In this document: piece after piece, positions 10,253-21,372 of the stretch
How the letters are laid out: each line of letters starts with the position of its first letter
Position numbering within the stretch: position 1 is the first letter of the stretch
From: Candidatus Latescibacterota bacterium
Lineage (GTDB): Bacteria; Latescibacterota; UBA2968
Reading direction: 5' to 3'
DNA length: 64,000 bases
Assembly (NCBI GenBank): GCA_965204745.1
Contig: OZ242010.1
Coordinates: 1-64,000 of the forward strand
The notes under the pieces: generated by a model
Told to the model about the DNA's origin: nothing
Databases searched by the model: none
What the model saw: the letters and a program-made list of their open reading frames with translations, nothing else
Position numbers and translations under genes: made by a program

Positions 10253-13200
10253 ATGCATGATCTCGTTGGTGCTTATACACGCATGAGCCAAGTGTATCAA
10301 TGGTATATTGAAAGTGCCTTTCCATTGAGATATGAAGCCCTTGGCAACGAACGGGAACAACTTCTGTCTCGACCGGAAACCCTGTCTCAACCACCACTTC
10401 TGGAAACCATTCCCGTCTATCCATCATCGGGTTACAATCTGGCAGATGCAAGCCAACAGTTGCCATTCGATTATCGAGACCTTCAACACCTCGCTCAAGC
10501 GTTGTTTCCGCCCGATATTCAACTCTGGGACCATCAATGGCAGAGTCTCCAAGAAGTTCTGCTAAACAAAAAAGACATCGTAGTGACTACGGGGACTGGA
10601 TCGGGAAAGACAGAATGTTTTCTGTTGCCACTTTTGGCAGAATTGGCTCGGGACTCTGCCTCTTGGCCGGGCTGTCCGAATCCATCAGAGGAACGGAAGT
10701 GGTGGAATAATGATGGCGGGTCATGGAACGGTCAATGGTCACATACAGAAAGGAAGGGAGAAGAACTCCACGCAGTTCGCGCAATTATTCTTTACCCGCT
10801 CAACGCACTTGTAGAAGACCAACTACGCCGCTTGCGAAGTACGCTTGATTCTGAAGATGTCCATCGATGGCTGAATACCCATCGCGGCGGAAACCGAATC
10901 CTGTTTGGCAGGTACACGGGAGAGACGCCTGTACCCGGTGACCGAGGGAATGCGAATGCGATGAATCGCCTACGCAATCGCTTGCGAGAGATGGCAGATA
11001 CCAGTGAGGAAATCCGTCACCTCTTGGGCGCATCCCCGAACATGGATCGGGATATCCAATACCACTTCCCGAATATTGATGGCGGCGAGATGTGGTCTCG
11101 ATGGGATATGCAGGATACGCCCCCTGATATTCTCATCACCAACTATAGCATGTTAAACATCATGTTGATGCGTAGCGTTGAATCGGGCATCTTTGACCGC
11201 ACCCAAAAATGGCTTGCCGGCGACCCAACGCGCAAACTCTTTCTCGTTATTGACGAACTGCACGCCTATCGCGGGACCTCCGGTACAGAAGTGGCCTACA
11301 TTTTGCGCTTGCTTCTCGACCGAATAGGCTTGAATCCCAATTCAGACCAGCTCGCTATTTTGGCAACTTCGGCAAGTGTCACCGATACCTCTGAATCCCG
11401 AACTTTTTTGCGAGAATTTTTTGGTCGAGATCGATTTGAGATCGTCTCGGGGCAACAAACGCCCCCTTCACCAGGTGCGCGGATCAGGATGGCACCGTTC
11501 CAAAACGCCTTTGAGCAATTCGCTCGGACGGTCCAGCCGAATCCACTTGACCCAATGAGTCCGCCCGATCCTGAATCGGCAAAAAATCAAGGCGCGATGG
11601 CAGACTTGGCGAGCGCACTGGGGCAATCGCCTCCCCCAAATGAAGCGACAGAAGTTGTTTTGGCAAATGCACTGAAAAAGCAGAATGCCCCGGATGCCAT
11701 CCGAGATGCTTGTGTCGCTGTCAACCAAAGTATTCGGCCCTCAAAGGTACCCGACTTGGACGATGTCCTCTTCCCCAATGCTCGTCCGAAAGACCAAGCG
11801 GCTTCTGACGCCATGAGAGGGTTGTTGCTCGCACTTGGTATGAGCAAGGAGTCGGCGACAGGCCCCTCGCCGCAACCCGTGCGGGGCCATATCTTTTTTC
11901 ACAATCTACAAAACCTTTGGGCCTGCTCAAATCCCAACTGTACCAATGCTCATTGTGATACAACGCAACGTCGAGCATCCCACTCGGGTATTGCCATTCC
12001 CGTTGGTGCATTGCACGAAAAACATCGCCTGACTTGCTCCTGTGGCGGTAGAGTACTCGACTTCATCGTCTGCGAAGTGTGCGGGGAAATTTTCCTCGGA
12101 GGTTTTAGAGCACGACGACAGGTGGGGACGCAACGAGTTGAGATTCTAACGGCGGATCAACCGGATTTAGAAAATATGCCAGACCGCGTGTCGGTTGCAC
12201 AAAGATACGGTGAATATGCTGTCTTTTGGCCGTTAAATGAAGCCATCCCTTGGACAACCCAGCCTCAAGATCGAGACTATCAAGCCAACCGTATAAAGAG
12301 AAATTGGACGCGAGCTCGCCTCAATGTGTTTTCGGGAATACTCCAACAGAATACTGCGCCGTTAAACTCCGGTGAGGTTGCAGGTTGGCTATATCGCATA
12401 ACGGGGGACCATCCAGCTGAATCGGCTATGCCCCACAAATGTCCGCGGTGTGATGCAGACTATCGTCGCCGCAAACGCATCCCTACGCCGTTACGCAACC
12501 ATAGAACCGGCTTCCAGAAGGCATGTCAGGTGATTGCCAGTTCGCTTTGTCGAGAGATGCCAGAAAAGCTGGACAATAGGCCATCGCGGAAACTGGTTAT
12601 TTTTTCGGACAGCCGCCAAGACGCAGCAAAACTGGCGGCGGGCATGGAACGCGATCACTTCCGCGACATGATTCGTTTGGCATTGATCGATGCTCTTAAT
12701 GCTCATTGGCGTCGGTTTGAGTCGTATGTCCGAAGAACTGCTTCGCATACCAAACGCGCTTGGAAAACTCACTCTATCAATCCACAGTTGCATGCCGTTG
12801 CCTCTGATTCCTCCAATCCCATGACGAAGCATCACAGGTAAAATTCCAATCAGCCCATCAGGGGCTTGCCTTAGAGATGATGAGTTGGTTTGGAAATTTA
12901 CCACCTGCAAATCAGAATAACTTCGATACATTGATGCGTATGATGTAGGATATCCTGGGCGGATTCCGCTCGCAGAACTACGATGGATTATCCGCGACCT
13001 AATGCTCGGTCTCGGCACGAATCCGGGAGGGACATCACATCGGCTATTACAATACCGAGTGGAACGTGAATATCATGATTGGTATGAATGCTACGATTGG
13101 CAATCTGGCATGCCACAAGAAAAAACCGATCTGGTACCGCAAGCATCTCGATTGTTGAATCAAATCGATTCTTCCTTGATGTCCGAGTTGATGTACGCAC

Positions 13201-15962
13201 TATTTCCCCATGTTGCCCGAACTCTGGAGAGCCTTGGGCAAGGATGGGTGACGTATCAGCCGGGCGGGAATCCTACAGATCGAGTCGTCCAAGCCACAGA
13301 TGCAGTCATTCGGCTTTTGGGAACTCGTCGCGCTCATCGCTATGCAGAATACTTTGAACCGGGCGGTTCAACCGAATTACCTGCATTCGCTAAACGTTAC
13401 CTCGCCAATGTGGGTGTTCCGCATACAACTGTGGAGCAACAGTTGGCCCACCAATCCCAAGTCGGAGTTGGAGGTCGTAATTACGTAGGGCTAGATCCGG
13501 AGCATTTGTATCTCTGGTTGCCACCTAATGAAGATGCTCAAGGATTTCGCCCGGGATGGAGATGTCCAACTTGCAACGGCTTCTACCTTCATCCTGCCGG
13601 GGACGTATGTCCGGCATGTGAGAACGTTTCTCTTGAACCGAGCACCACACAACGCGCTCCCTTTGATTACTACCTCTACCTTTCGGAAAAATCGGGTCGG
13701 CCATTTCGGTTCCATTGCGAGGAATTAACCGGACAAACCGATTCTCCTGACCGACCCCGACGACAACGACGATTTCAGGAGATCTTCGTACAAGGCGACA
13801 TTCCACTGGTTCATGGCATTGATCTGCTCAGTGTCACCACGACAATGGAAGCCGGGGTTGATATTGGCGCACTATCGGCAGTCATGATGGCGAATATGCC
13901 TCCGAGACGATTTAATTATCAACAGCGTGTCGGTCGCGCCGGGCGACGCGGCACGGGGGTTTCTCTTGCAGTAACGTTTTGCAGGGGGAGAAGTCACGAT
14001 GACTACTACTATCTCCGGACAGAAGAGATGACAGGGGACCCGCCATCGCACCCTTATGTCGATATGGACCGCGAACCCATTTTTCGCCGCGTTATGGTGA
14101 AGGAGATCTTGCGTCAAGCATTTGAGGCTTTACCACCTAATGTCCGCGAAACCGCAATGGAACGGGCTGGCGAGCGATTTCGAGAAAGTGTTCATGGAGA
14201 ATTTGGGCCTCCAAAGGGGTGGCCTATTGCGACCACACACATACAAAATTGGCTGAATGCCTCTGAGACTCAACAGGTGCTTGAAAACGTGTATAATGCG
14301 TTGCGTGCCGGAACACCTTGGGATCGAGACCCTGACCTTGGAGCGGATTTCTGTCGGCAAATGACAGCATTTTTGCAGAACGAGTTGGTCGCAAAGCTAA
14401 CTGAAATCGTCAACGATCCGAGATATACGCAAGAGGCCCTGAGCGAACAATTGGCAAATGCAGGTTTGCTTCCGATGTTTGGGTTTCCGACTCGGACCCG
14501 TCTTTTATATACCCGTTGGCCATTACGGGGCAATCCATGGCCTCCTGAGCACGGGATAGTAGATCGCAATTTAGACATTGCGATCAGCCAGTTTGCCCCA
14601 GGGTCTGAGACCGTGAAAGACAAAGCAGTGCATACCGCATGCGGGGTTGTCGAATTGTATCCGCAAGGAAATGGCGTTGGTTCACGTCCGGGATTCTTCC
14701 CCGATTTTAGCATGGGTAATTCATCTCCGATTGGATTGTGCGATAACTGCCAAGCGGTGGCTAATCTGGAAGCAACAGCCGATCCTGCACTTGGAGGGCA
14801 AGAACCGAGGCCAATTCAGTGTCCAGTGTGTCGGCATGAAACATTACGGCCCATCGATGCGCGTGAACCAAAGGGATTTTTCACGGATTTAGACTCGGAT
14901 GATTTTGAAGGATCGTTTGAATGGAATCCACGGTCAACGCGGCCTACATTGAGCATCCAAAGCCAAGGGGTACAACCGAAGTTTGTTGGCAACGCCAATG
15001 TATCTGCTTTGGAAGATGAAATTATATCGGTCAACGACAATGGAGGCGAAGGCGGTTTTGACTTTCGAGCATCGGCAACGGTTTCTGGGCGAAACCGACC
15101 TGGAGCATACGCAGTGGAACCTCGGAGTAATAGCAATGTCTCCGTTGCTGGCACTACCTATCGCATCGCCCTCCTTTCCAGATCTCGGACTGATATTCTA
15201 TTGGTCGATATGCAACAGTGGCCCGATGGGTTGTTCGCAGATCCAACTCGGGTTGAAGGCCGCGCTGCTTGGTATTCTCTCGCGTTCTTCTTGCGAATAG
15301 CTGCTGCTTCAGAACTCGATATCGATCCAACCGAACTCGATGCTGGCTTTCGATCTCTTCCTCACAAGGGCATACCAATAGGTCAAGCCTTTCTCTCTGA
15401 CAAACTCGAAAACGGGGCTGGATACTGTCGTTGGTTTGGAGAACCCGATCACTTTCAAAAATTGTTAGCCCAAGCAGATCCCAAAATTTCAGAAAGTCTT
15501 GCCGATGTATGGATAGGACCATCGCACGAGTGTGATACGTCCTGCAATGCATGCCTCAGAGACTTCTACAATCTACCTTACCACGGGCTACTTGACTGGC
15601 GGCTTGCTCTTGACATGGCACGCCTTGCAACGGTATCAACTGCCACCGTTGACCTCGTTTCCCCTTGGGGCAAACATGACAATCCATGGCGCACGCTCCT
15701 ACGAGGAACGGATGCACCAGTGCCCGCCACGATGCAGCGACTTGGGTATGGGCAACCCATCAATTTCGCTGGTCTGCAAGGTTATGTTCACAGTTCGAGG
15801 CAACAGATCTTGATTGAACGCCATCCGCTGTGGACAGACGATCATCCGGTATATTGTGAGGCACTTAAAGAAGTACAACAGCGGTATTCGAAGTATCCAC
15901 ATGACTCGATCCGTCCGCTGAACCCATTCCGGGCACTCCGACGGCCGGCGGATTATGTATGA
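10253..15962 (+). CDS. Giant SF2 DEAD/DEAH helicase with Zn-ribbons and DUF1998 (DruE/YprA-like); two -1 frameshifts near 12820 and 12945
   Basis: LWDHQ Q-motif, TGTGSGKT, YPLNALVEDQ, ITNYSML, DELH, TSAS, FSDSRQDAA in 10253-12841; TTTMEAGVDIG, QQRVGRAGRR, LSDKLENGAGY, CDTSCNACL in 13002-15962; a bridging open frame links the two halves. Confidence 0.88.
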
Positions 15963-16033
15963 GAAGTCATGGGGTGATCCACAGCTATAGCGGCTGTCTC
16001 GGTTGCGACTGAACCAAAACAACGAGGTCTCTC

Positions 16034-17440
16034 ATGCCGACGAAGAAACCAAATGTATTGTTCATTCTCGCGGATGATTTGGGTTGGCGCGATACATCGG
16101 TGTATGGCAACGCGTTTTGCGAAACGCCAAATATCGACGCCTTGGCCGAGCGCGGGATGAGGTTTGATAATGCCTATGCCGCCAATCCCCTGTGTTCGCC
16201 GACGCGTGCGAGCATCATGACCGGGTTGTGGCCGGCACGCCTTGGCATCACAACGCCCGGCTGTCATTTGGACCGCGTGGTGCTCGAATCCCATTTGAGC
16301 GGGCAAGGGCCGCCGCATAACAAAGCGCTGGTCGCGCAAAGCGTCACGCGCTTGACCGCGGAATACACAACCCTGTCTTCGGTCTTTCAAGCCGCGGGAT
16401 ACAAGACCGCGCACATTGGAAAGTGGCACTTGGGCGCGCCGCCGTATAGCCCGTTTGAACACGGGTTCGATATCGATATCCCACACACCCCCGCGCCCAG
16501 TCCCTTGGCCGATGGCTGGTTCGCGCCGTGGAAAGTGTATCCCAACAAGGGCGAACCGGGCGAGCACCTGGAAGACCGCATGGCGCAGGAAGCCGTCGAA
16601 TTTATTCAAAAAAACAAAGACGCGCCTTTTTACCTCCAGTTCTGGCAATTCTCCGTGCATTCACCCTGGCACGCCAAAGGGGAGTTGATCGAAAAATACG
16701 CGCAAAAAGCCGACCCAGAATACCCGCAACACAATCCCGTTTACGCCGCGATGGTCGAAACGATGGATGACGCGGTTGGGCGATTGATCGCAACGCTGAA
16801 AGAAGAAGGGATTTTTGACCAGACCATTGTGATCTTTTTTTCGGATAACGGCGGGGTACACTGGCGTGCCAAAGAACATGTACATCCCGATTACGTGGAT
16901 GTGCCCATCACGAGCAACGCGCCCCTACGCGGCGGCAAGGCCAATATCTATGAGGGCGGCACCCGCGAACCCTTGATCGTCGCCTGGCCCGGGCAGATTG
17001 AAGCGGGCACCCGCAACGATCAAGCGATAGTGCAGAGCATCGACTTCTTCCCCACCTTGACCGAACTCTGCGGCCTCGACCCGCCCGAATCCATTGACGG
17101 CATCAGTTTCGCGGGCGCACTGCGTGGCGAACCCCTTGCGCGAGATACCATCTTCTGTCATTTCCCGCACTACACGCCCGCAGCCGGGGGCATCCCATCG
17201 ACTTCTGTTCGCAAAGGCGATTGGAAGCTCATCCGTTTTTATTGCGACAACGACGATCAAAGCCATCGCTTGGAACTCTACAATTTGGTCGAAGACATCG
17301 GCGAATCCAATAATCTATCAGACGAACAACCCGATCTCGTCCGCGAATTGAACGCGCTGATCGACCAATTCCCCGCGCCGAATCCAAGCTACGGAGGTTC
17401 GTCGCGATCAAACTCGAGGGAACACAATGACATTAAATGA
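16034..17440 (+). CDS. Sulfatase (formylglycine-dependent)
   Basis: ILADDLG, CSPTRASIMTG, GKWHLG, SDNGG. Confidence 0.93.
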   Translation: MPTKKPNVLFILADDLGWRDTSVYGNAFCETPNIDALAERGMRFDNAYAANPLCSPTRASIMTGLWPARLGITTPGCHLDRVVLESHLSGQGPPHNKALVAQSVTRLTAEYTTLSSVFQAAGYKTAHIGKWHLGAPPYSPFEHGFDIDIPHTPAPSPLADGWFAPWKVYPNKGEPGEHLEDRMAQEAVEFIQKNKDAPFYLQFWQFSVHSPWHAKGELIEKYAQKADPEYPQHNPVYAAMVETMDDAVGRLIATLKEEGIFDQTIVIFFSDNGGVHWRAKEHVHPDYVDVPITSNAPLRGGKANIYEGGTREPLIVAWPGQIEAGTRNDQAIVQSIDFFPTLTELCGLDPPESIDGISFAGALRGEPLARDTIFCHFPHYTPAAGGIPSTSVRKGDWKLIRFYCDNDDQSHRLELYNLVEDIGESNNLSDEQPDLVRELNALIDQFPAPNPSYGGSSRSNSREHNDIK

Positions 17441-18671
17441 TCTGCGTGGCAAGACAGTAGCATTGGCTTCGTCGGGTGGGTTGGACAGTTGCACGGTGAC
17501 GAAATGGTTGGCGGATCGCGGCGTGCAGGTGGTCAGCCTAACCGCGGATATCGGGCAACCCGATGAGGTGAATATCGACGATATTCGCAAACGCATGCTG
17601 GCCTGCGGCGCCAAAGAAGCCGTGTTGATCGATCTCAAAACCGATCTGGCAGACGCGGGCATTGCAATGCTGATTGGGCAAACGCGCTACGAAGGCGGGT
17701 ATTGGAACACGACGGGCATGGCGCGCTACGTCACCACGCGGGGGTTGTTGGAGGAAATGAATCGGCGCGACATCGAGGTGCTCGCGCACGGCGCGACTGG
17801 CCGAGGCAACGACCAAGTGCGGTTTCAACTCGTCGCGAATATGTGCCAGCCGGGGGTTGCGGTCTATGCCCCATGGCGGGATCAGGCGTTTCTCGACATG
17901 TTTGGCGGGCGCAAGGAAATGATCGACTTTTGCAATGCGTACAATTTGCCGATCACCGCGACCTACAAAAAACCCTATTCCACGGACGCCAACTTTTTGG
18001 GGCTCACGCACGAGGCCGGCAAACTCGAATCCTTGGATGTCGCCGCGGATTTTATCGAACCGGGCATGGGCGTGTTGCCCCATCAGGCGCCGGACAAGCC
18101 CGAATTATTTCGCGTCAGGCTCAACGCGGGACGCCCGGTGCAACTCAATGGCGCGGATGTCGATGCCGTGACCGCGATCTTGCGGGCCAATGAAATCGGC
18201 GGGCGAAACGGCGTGGGCATTGGCATCCACACGGTGGAAAACCGCTTTGTGGGCATCAAGTCGCGCGGCGTGTACGAAAGCCCGGGCCTGTGCTTGCTCG
18301 GCGCGTGTTACGAATTTTTGATCCAGCAGGTTTTGGACCGAAGGGCGCGAAAGTTTTACGACTCGATTTCCACTGCCCTCGCCGAACAAATCTATCAGGG
18401 CTATTACTGCGATTTGGCAACGCAGATGATGCACGGCGCGCTCGCCCCCGTGGCGAAATTGCTGACGGGCACCATAACAGTCGCCGCCTATAAAGGCACG
18501 GTCTCGTTCCAGTCCTCGCAAGACGTGCCGCACTCCCTGTATTCCGAAGAAACCGCCTCGATGGAAGATGTGGGCGATTACGACCACCGCGATTCCGAGG
18601 GCTTTTTGAATGTCCTCGGCGTAGGCGCGAAAGCCCAACACGCGGCGGGACAGATCGCAATAAAGGGATAA
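17427..18671 (+). CDS. argG: Argininosuccinate synthase
   Basis: SGGLDS PP-loop, HGATGRGNDQVRF, YSTDAN, ENRFVGIKSRGVYESPG. Confidence 0.95.
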   Translation: MTLNDLRGKTVALASSGGLDSCTVTKWLADRGVQVVSLTADIGQPDEVNIDDIRKRMLACGAKEAVLIDLKTDLADAGIAMLIGQTRYEGGYWNTTGMARYVTTRGLLEEMNRRDIEVLAHGATGRGNDQVRFQLVANMCQPGVAVYAPWRDQAFLDMFGGRKEMIDFCNAYNLPITATYKKPYSTDANFLGLTHEAGKLESLDVAADFIEPGMGVLPHQAPDKPELFRVRLNAGRPVQLNGADVDAVTAILRANEIGGRNGVGIGIHTVENRFVGIKSRGVYESPGLCLLGACYEFLIQQVLDRRARKFYDSISTALAEQIYQGYYCDLATQMMHGALAPVAKLLTGTITVAAYKGTVSFQSSQDVPHSLYSEETASMEDVGDYDHRDSEGFLNVLGVGAKAQHAAGQIAIKG

Positions 18672-18684
18672 AATCAGCCATCAC

Positions 18685-18802
18685 CCCAAGTGGTCAGTAG
18701 TCAGTCCCCACCCGACCCTACCGCCCAAGTAGTCAGTAGTCAGTCCCCACCCGACCCTACCGCCCAAGTAGTCAGTAGTCAGTCCCCGCCCAACCCCCAC
18801 CG
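18685..18802. repeat. Tandem repeat, 3 x ~39 bp (cccaagtagtcagtagtcagtccccacccgaccctaccg)
   Basis: Copies start at 18685, 18724, 18763; inverse heptamers (ctgacta/ctgacaa) follow at ~18821-18853. Confidence 0.9.
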
Positions 18803-18884
18803 CTATATTCGTTAGAATTAGTCAACTGACAACTGACTACTGACTACTGACAATGCGAATAAAGCGTTGAATCCATTTATTTGT

Positions 18885-19147
18885 ACCTACCCCCCTGGCC
18901 CCGTTACTCGCTTCGCTTCGTTGTAGGCTACGCCTGTGCCTGTGAGGAAGGGGGGAATGGCGAGAGGTTGTGCGAGGGGTTTGGGGTTCCAGGGCGTGAT
19001 CTATTCGCTCAAAGCCATCAGAACAGCCAGGGAGACAAACCTTCAAAAAGCCATGCGCTCCCCCTTTCCTTGTAGGCACAGGCGTAGCCTACAATGAGCG
19101 AAGCGAATAACGGGGGCCGGGGGGATAGGTCCTACGAGGAAGGGGAA
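18885..19147. repeat. Inverted pair of REP-like hairpin elements (family A) with a ~35-bp insert
   Basis: ~18890-18953 is the reverse complement of ~19060-19130 (cccctttccttgtaggcacaggcgtagcctacaatgagcgaagcgaataacggggg); same unit at ~44350-44430. Confidence 0.8.
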
Positions 19148-19393
19148 GAACATCTCTCGTTGCGGAGAGGAGCCGGATGACTCGTCCATGTCTTTGGGCG
19201 ATTGGGCGCGGCTTGTTTCCTACTCGCTTTCTACTCTTAATTCGCATCCTACAGTTAGGTCGTGTTGACATTCTAACTGGTATGGCTTATTTTGAGTCAT
19301 ATAGATTGAGCACCGAGTAGCGTTTTGTCGCGTGCTGTATCTTGGCAATTATGAAGGCCGATTTTGATCGTTCGCGCCGAGGATAGGTGGGAT

Positions 19394-20197
19394 ATGCGGA
19401 TTCTCAGCACCAAAAAATGGATTTCTAAACTCCTGTTTCTCTGTGTGTTGCTTCCCGCAGAGATTGGCGCGGCTTCGCCCAAACACGCGCTGGGGTTGCA
19501 ATTAGGTGGGGCTTATGTGCAGAACCGAGACGCGTTGGGGTCTCCGTTTCGATATGGCGGCGGGGTCAAAGCCTTTGGCCTGATGTATCGCTATCGCGGG
19601 GTATCCGAGCACGCGGCGCGAATCGCTATCGCCTTTGGCGGTTTGACGCCCCGATCAAAGACGTTTGAAAAGTCAGCCGATTATTATTCCGGAAATGTGC
19701 AGTATGGGTATTTTAGGCCGTGGTCGCGTTTTCATCGCGTGAAATGGGGTGGGATTTGGAACGCGGTTTTTGCAATGCGAGTGTATCATTACAGCCCGAA
19801 CGCGAACGCTGAATCACTGGTCTATCATTTTTTTTCGTCTCTGAATGCGGCAGTTTTATTCGAGCGTGCATTTTTTTCGAGAGACCGGTTTTATGTCAAA
19901 ACGTATGTCCCGTTGCTGGTTTATATTACCCGGTCGCCCTACGCGCTGATAGACGAGCGTTTTGGTCGCGCACTTTTCGATGAGGAATCACTCGTTCTCG
20001 CGTCGCTAAAAGGCGGTGAACTGACCTCGTTGCACCGATTTGTCAGTGCCAATTTTGAACTGGGTTATGAACGTCCATTGGGCCGGCGGCTGGCCTTAGA
20101 TGTTCGCTGTCACGGGATGTATTACCGATACGCTTATCCCGTCAAGACAGCGACGCTGTCTCTGCATGTGTCTGTGGATTTGACCTTTGCTTTCTAA
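19394..20197 (+). CDS. Hypothetical exported, probable outer-membrane beta-barrel protein
   Basis: Signal-peptide-like N-terminus, aromatic amphipathic strands, C-terminal Phe (LTFAF). Confidence 0.6.
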   Translation: MRILSTKKWISKLLFLCVLLPAEIGAASPKHALGLQLGGAYVQNRDALGSPFRYGGGVKAFGLMYRYRGVSEHAARIAIAFGGLTPRSKTFEKSADYYSGNVQYGYFRPWSRFHRVKWGGIWNAVFAMRVYHYSPNANAESLVYHFFSSLNAAVLFERAFFSRDRFYVKTYVPLLVYITRSPYALIDERFGRALFDEESLVLASLKGGELTSLHRFVSANFELGYERPLGRRLALDVRCHGMYYRYAYPVKTATLSLHVSVDLTFAF

Positions 20198-20202
20198 ATG
20201 TT

Positions 20203-21231
20203 ATGATGCGTTACAAGTTCATATCCGTTGTGATTTGCCTCTTGTTCTGCGGCTGTGGCGATGCCATTTTGGGGGGCGATCCGAAAAATTCTCCCGAAGA
20301 GAATTTTGAGTGGCTGTGGCGAGATTTTGACCGGTATTACGCCTCGTTTGACGTGAGGGGCGTGGACTGGCAAGCCCTGTATGATCGCTATCGCCCGCAG
20401 GTGACAGCGCAGACGACGGATCGAGAATTGTTCGACATTTTGGCGGCCATGCTGACGCCGCTCAACGATGGTCACGTTGTCCTGATCGCTCCGTTTGAAT
20501 ACTTTCAAGCCAACAATGCCACCCGTGTGCGCGATGGTTTTGATACGGATCGGATCAGAATGTACTATTTGCAGGATCGGGAATATCGCACCGGTGACAA
20601 CCGCATTGTGTACGGGCGACTTCGTGGAGAGGTCGGATATATTCACCTCCGTTCTTTCTCAGGCGGCACTTTGAGCGCAGCGGATTGGGTGGCTGATATC
20701 GATATCGCTTTGGATGCCCTGAAAGATGCGGTCGGCATGGTTTTGGATGTACGCAACAACTCGGGCGGCAACGGTCTCAACTTATATGAAATCGCGGGCC
20801 GCTTTGCAGACTATGAACAACCGGTGATCCAGACGCAGACGCGCAATGGACCGGGACATACGGATTTTACGGATCCTGCAACATGGTCTCTGCGCCCACA
20901 AGGCCCGTTCCAATACACGCGCCCAACCGTTGTTTTGACCAATCAATTCAGTAGCAGTGCCGCCGAGATCTTTGTGTTGATGTTGCGAACCTACCCCCAT
21001 GTAACGGTGGTTGGGAGTACAACCGCCGGGGCGATGAATGCCAATATTTATCGGGAGTTGCCCAATGGATGGGTTTATCGCATCTCCACGGGGCGCATGT
21101 TGTCATCCGAAGGCGAGCGCGTTGATGGAAAGGGATTGTCCCCCGATATCCATGTGCCATTCCCGGCTGAATCCGCAGATCCCACCCGCGACCCAGTGCT
21201 TGATACTGCGATAAACATTTTGACGGAGTGA
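20203..21231 (+). CDS. S41 family peptidase, lipoprotein
   Basis: Lipobox-like LFCGC, LNDGHV, GYIHL, LDVRNNSGG, SSAAE, G.GLSPDI. Confidence 0.9.
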   Translation: MMRYKFISVVICLLFCGCGDAILGGDPKNSPEENFEWLWRDFDRYYASFDVRGVDWQALYDRYRPQVTAQTTDRELFDILAAMLTPLNDGHVVLIAPFEYFQANNATRVRDGFDTDRIRMYYLQDREYRTGDNRIVYGRLRGEVGYIHLRSFSGGTLSAADWVADIDIALDALKDAVGMVLDVRNNSGGNGLNLYEIAGRFADYEQPVIQTQTRNGPGHTDFTDPATWSLRPQGPFQYTRPTVVLTNQFSSSAAEIFVLMLRTYPHVTVVGSTTAGAMNANIYRELPNGWVYRISTGRMLSSEGERVDGKGLSPDIHVPFPAESADPTRDPVLDTAINILTE

Positions 21232-21261
21232 TGCAGAGGCGCGACATAGAATTTGCCACAC

Positions 21262-21302
21262 AAAAAGCCCGGGTTCGCAATGAACTCGGGCTTTATTTTT
21301 TG
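21262..21302. terminator. Intrinsic, probably bidirectional terminator
   Basis: aaaagcccgggttc-gcaat-gaactcgggcttt hairpin with A/T tracts on both sides, between convergent genes. Confidence 0.75.
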
Positions 21303-21372
21303 GCACAGAGGCCGACCACTTGCGAAAGGCGCGACAAGAGAACCCCTGGAATCGATCACCTATCGCCAACTC

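Noticed and set aside
2582-15962. Canonical BREX or DISARM
   Set aside because: No PglX/PglZ/BrxL, no methyltransferase and no PLD; the helicase and DUF1998 are one polypeptide once frameshifts are repaired
18685-18802. Mini-CRISPR
   Set aside because: Head-to-tail tandem repeat with no spacers
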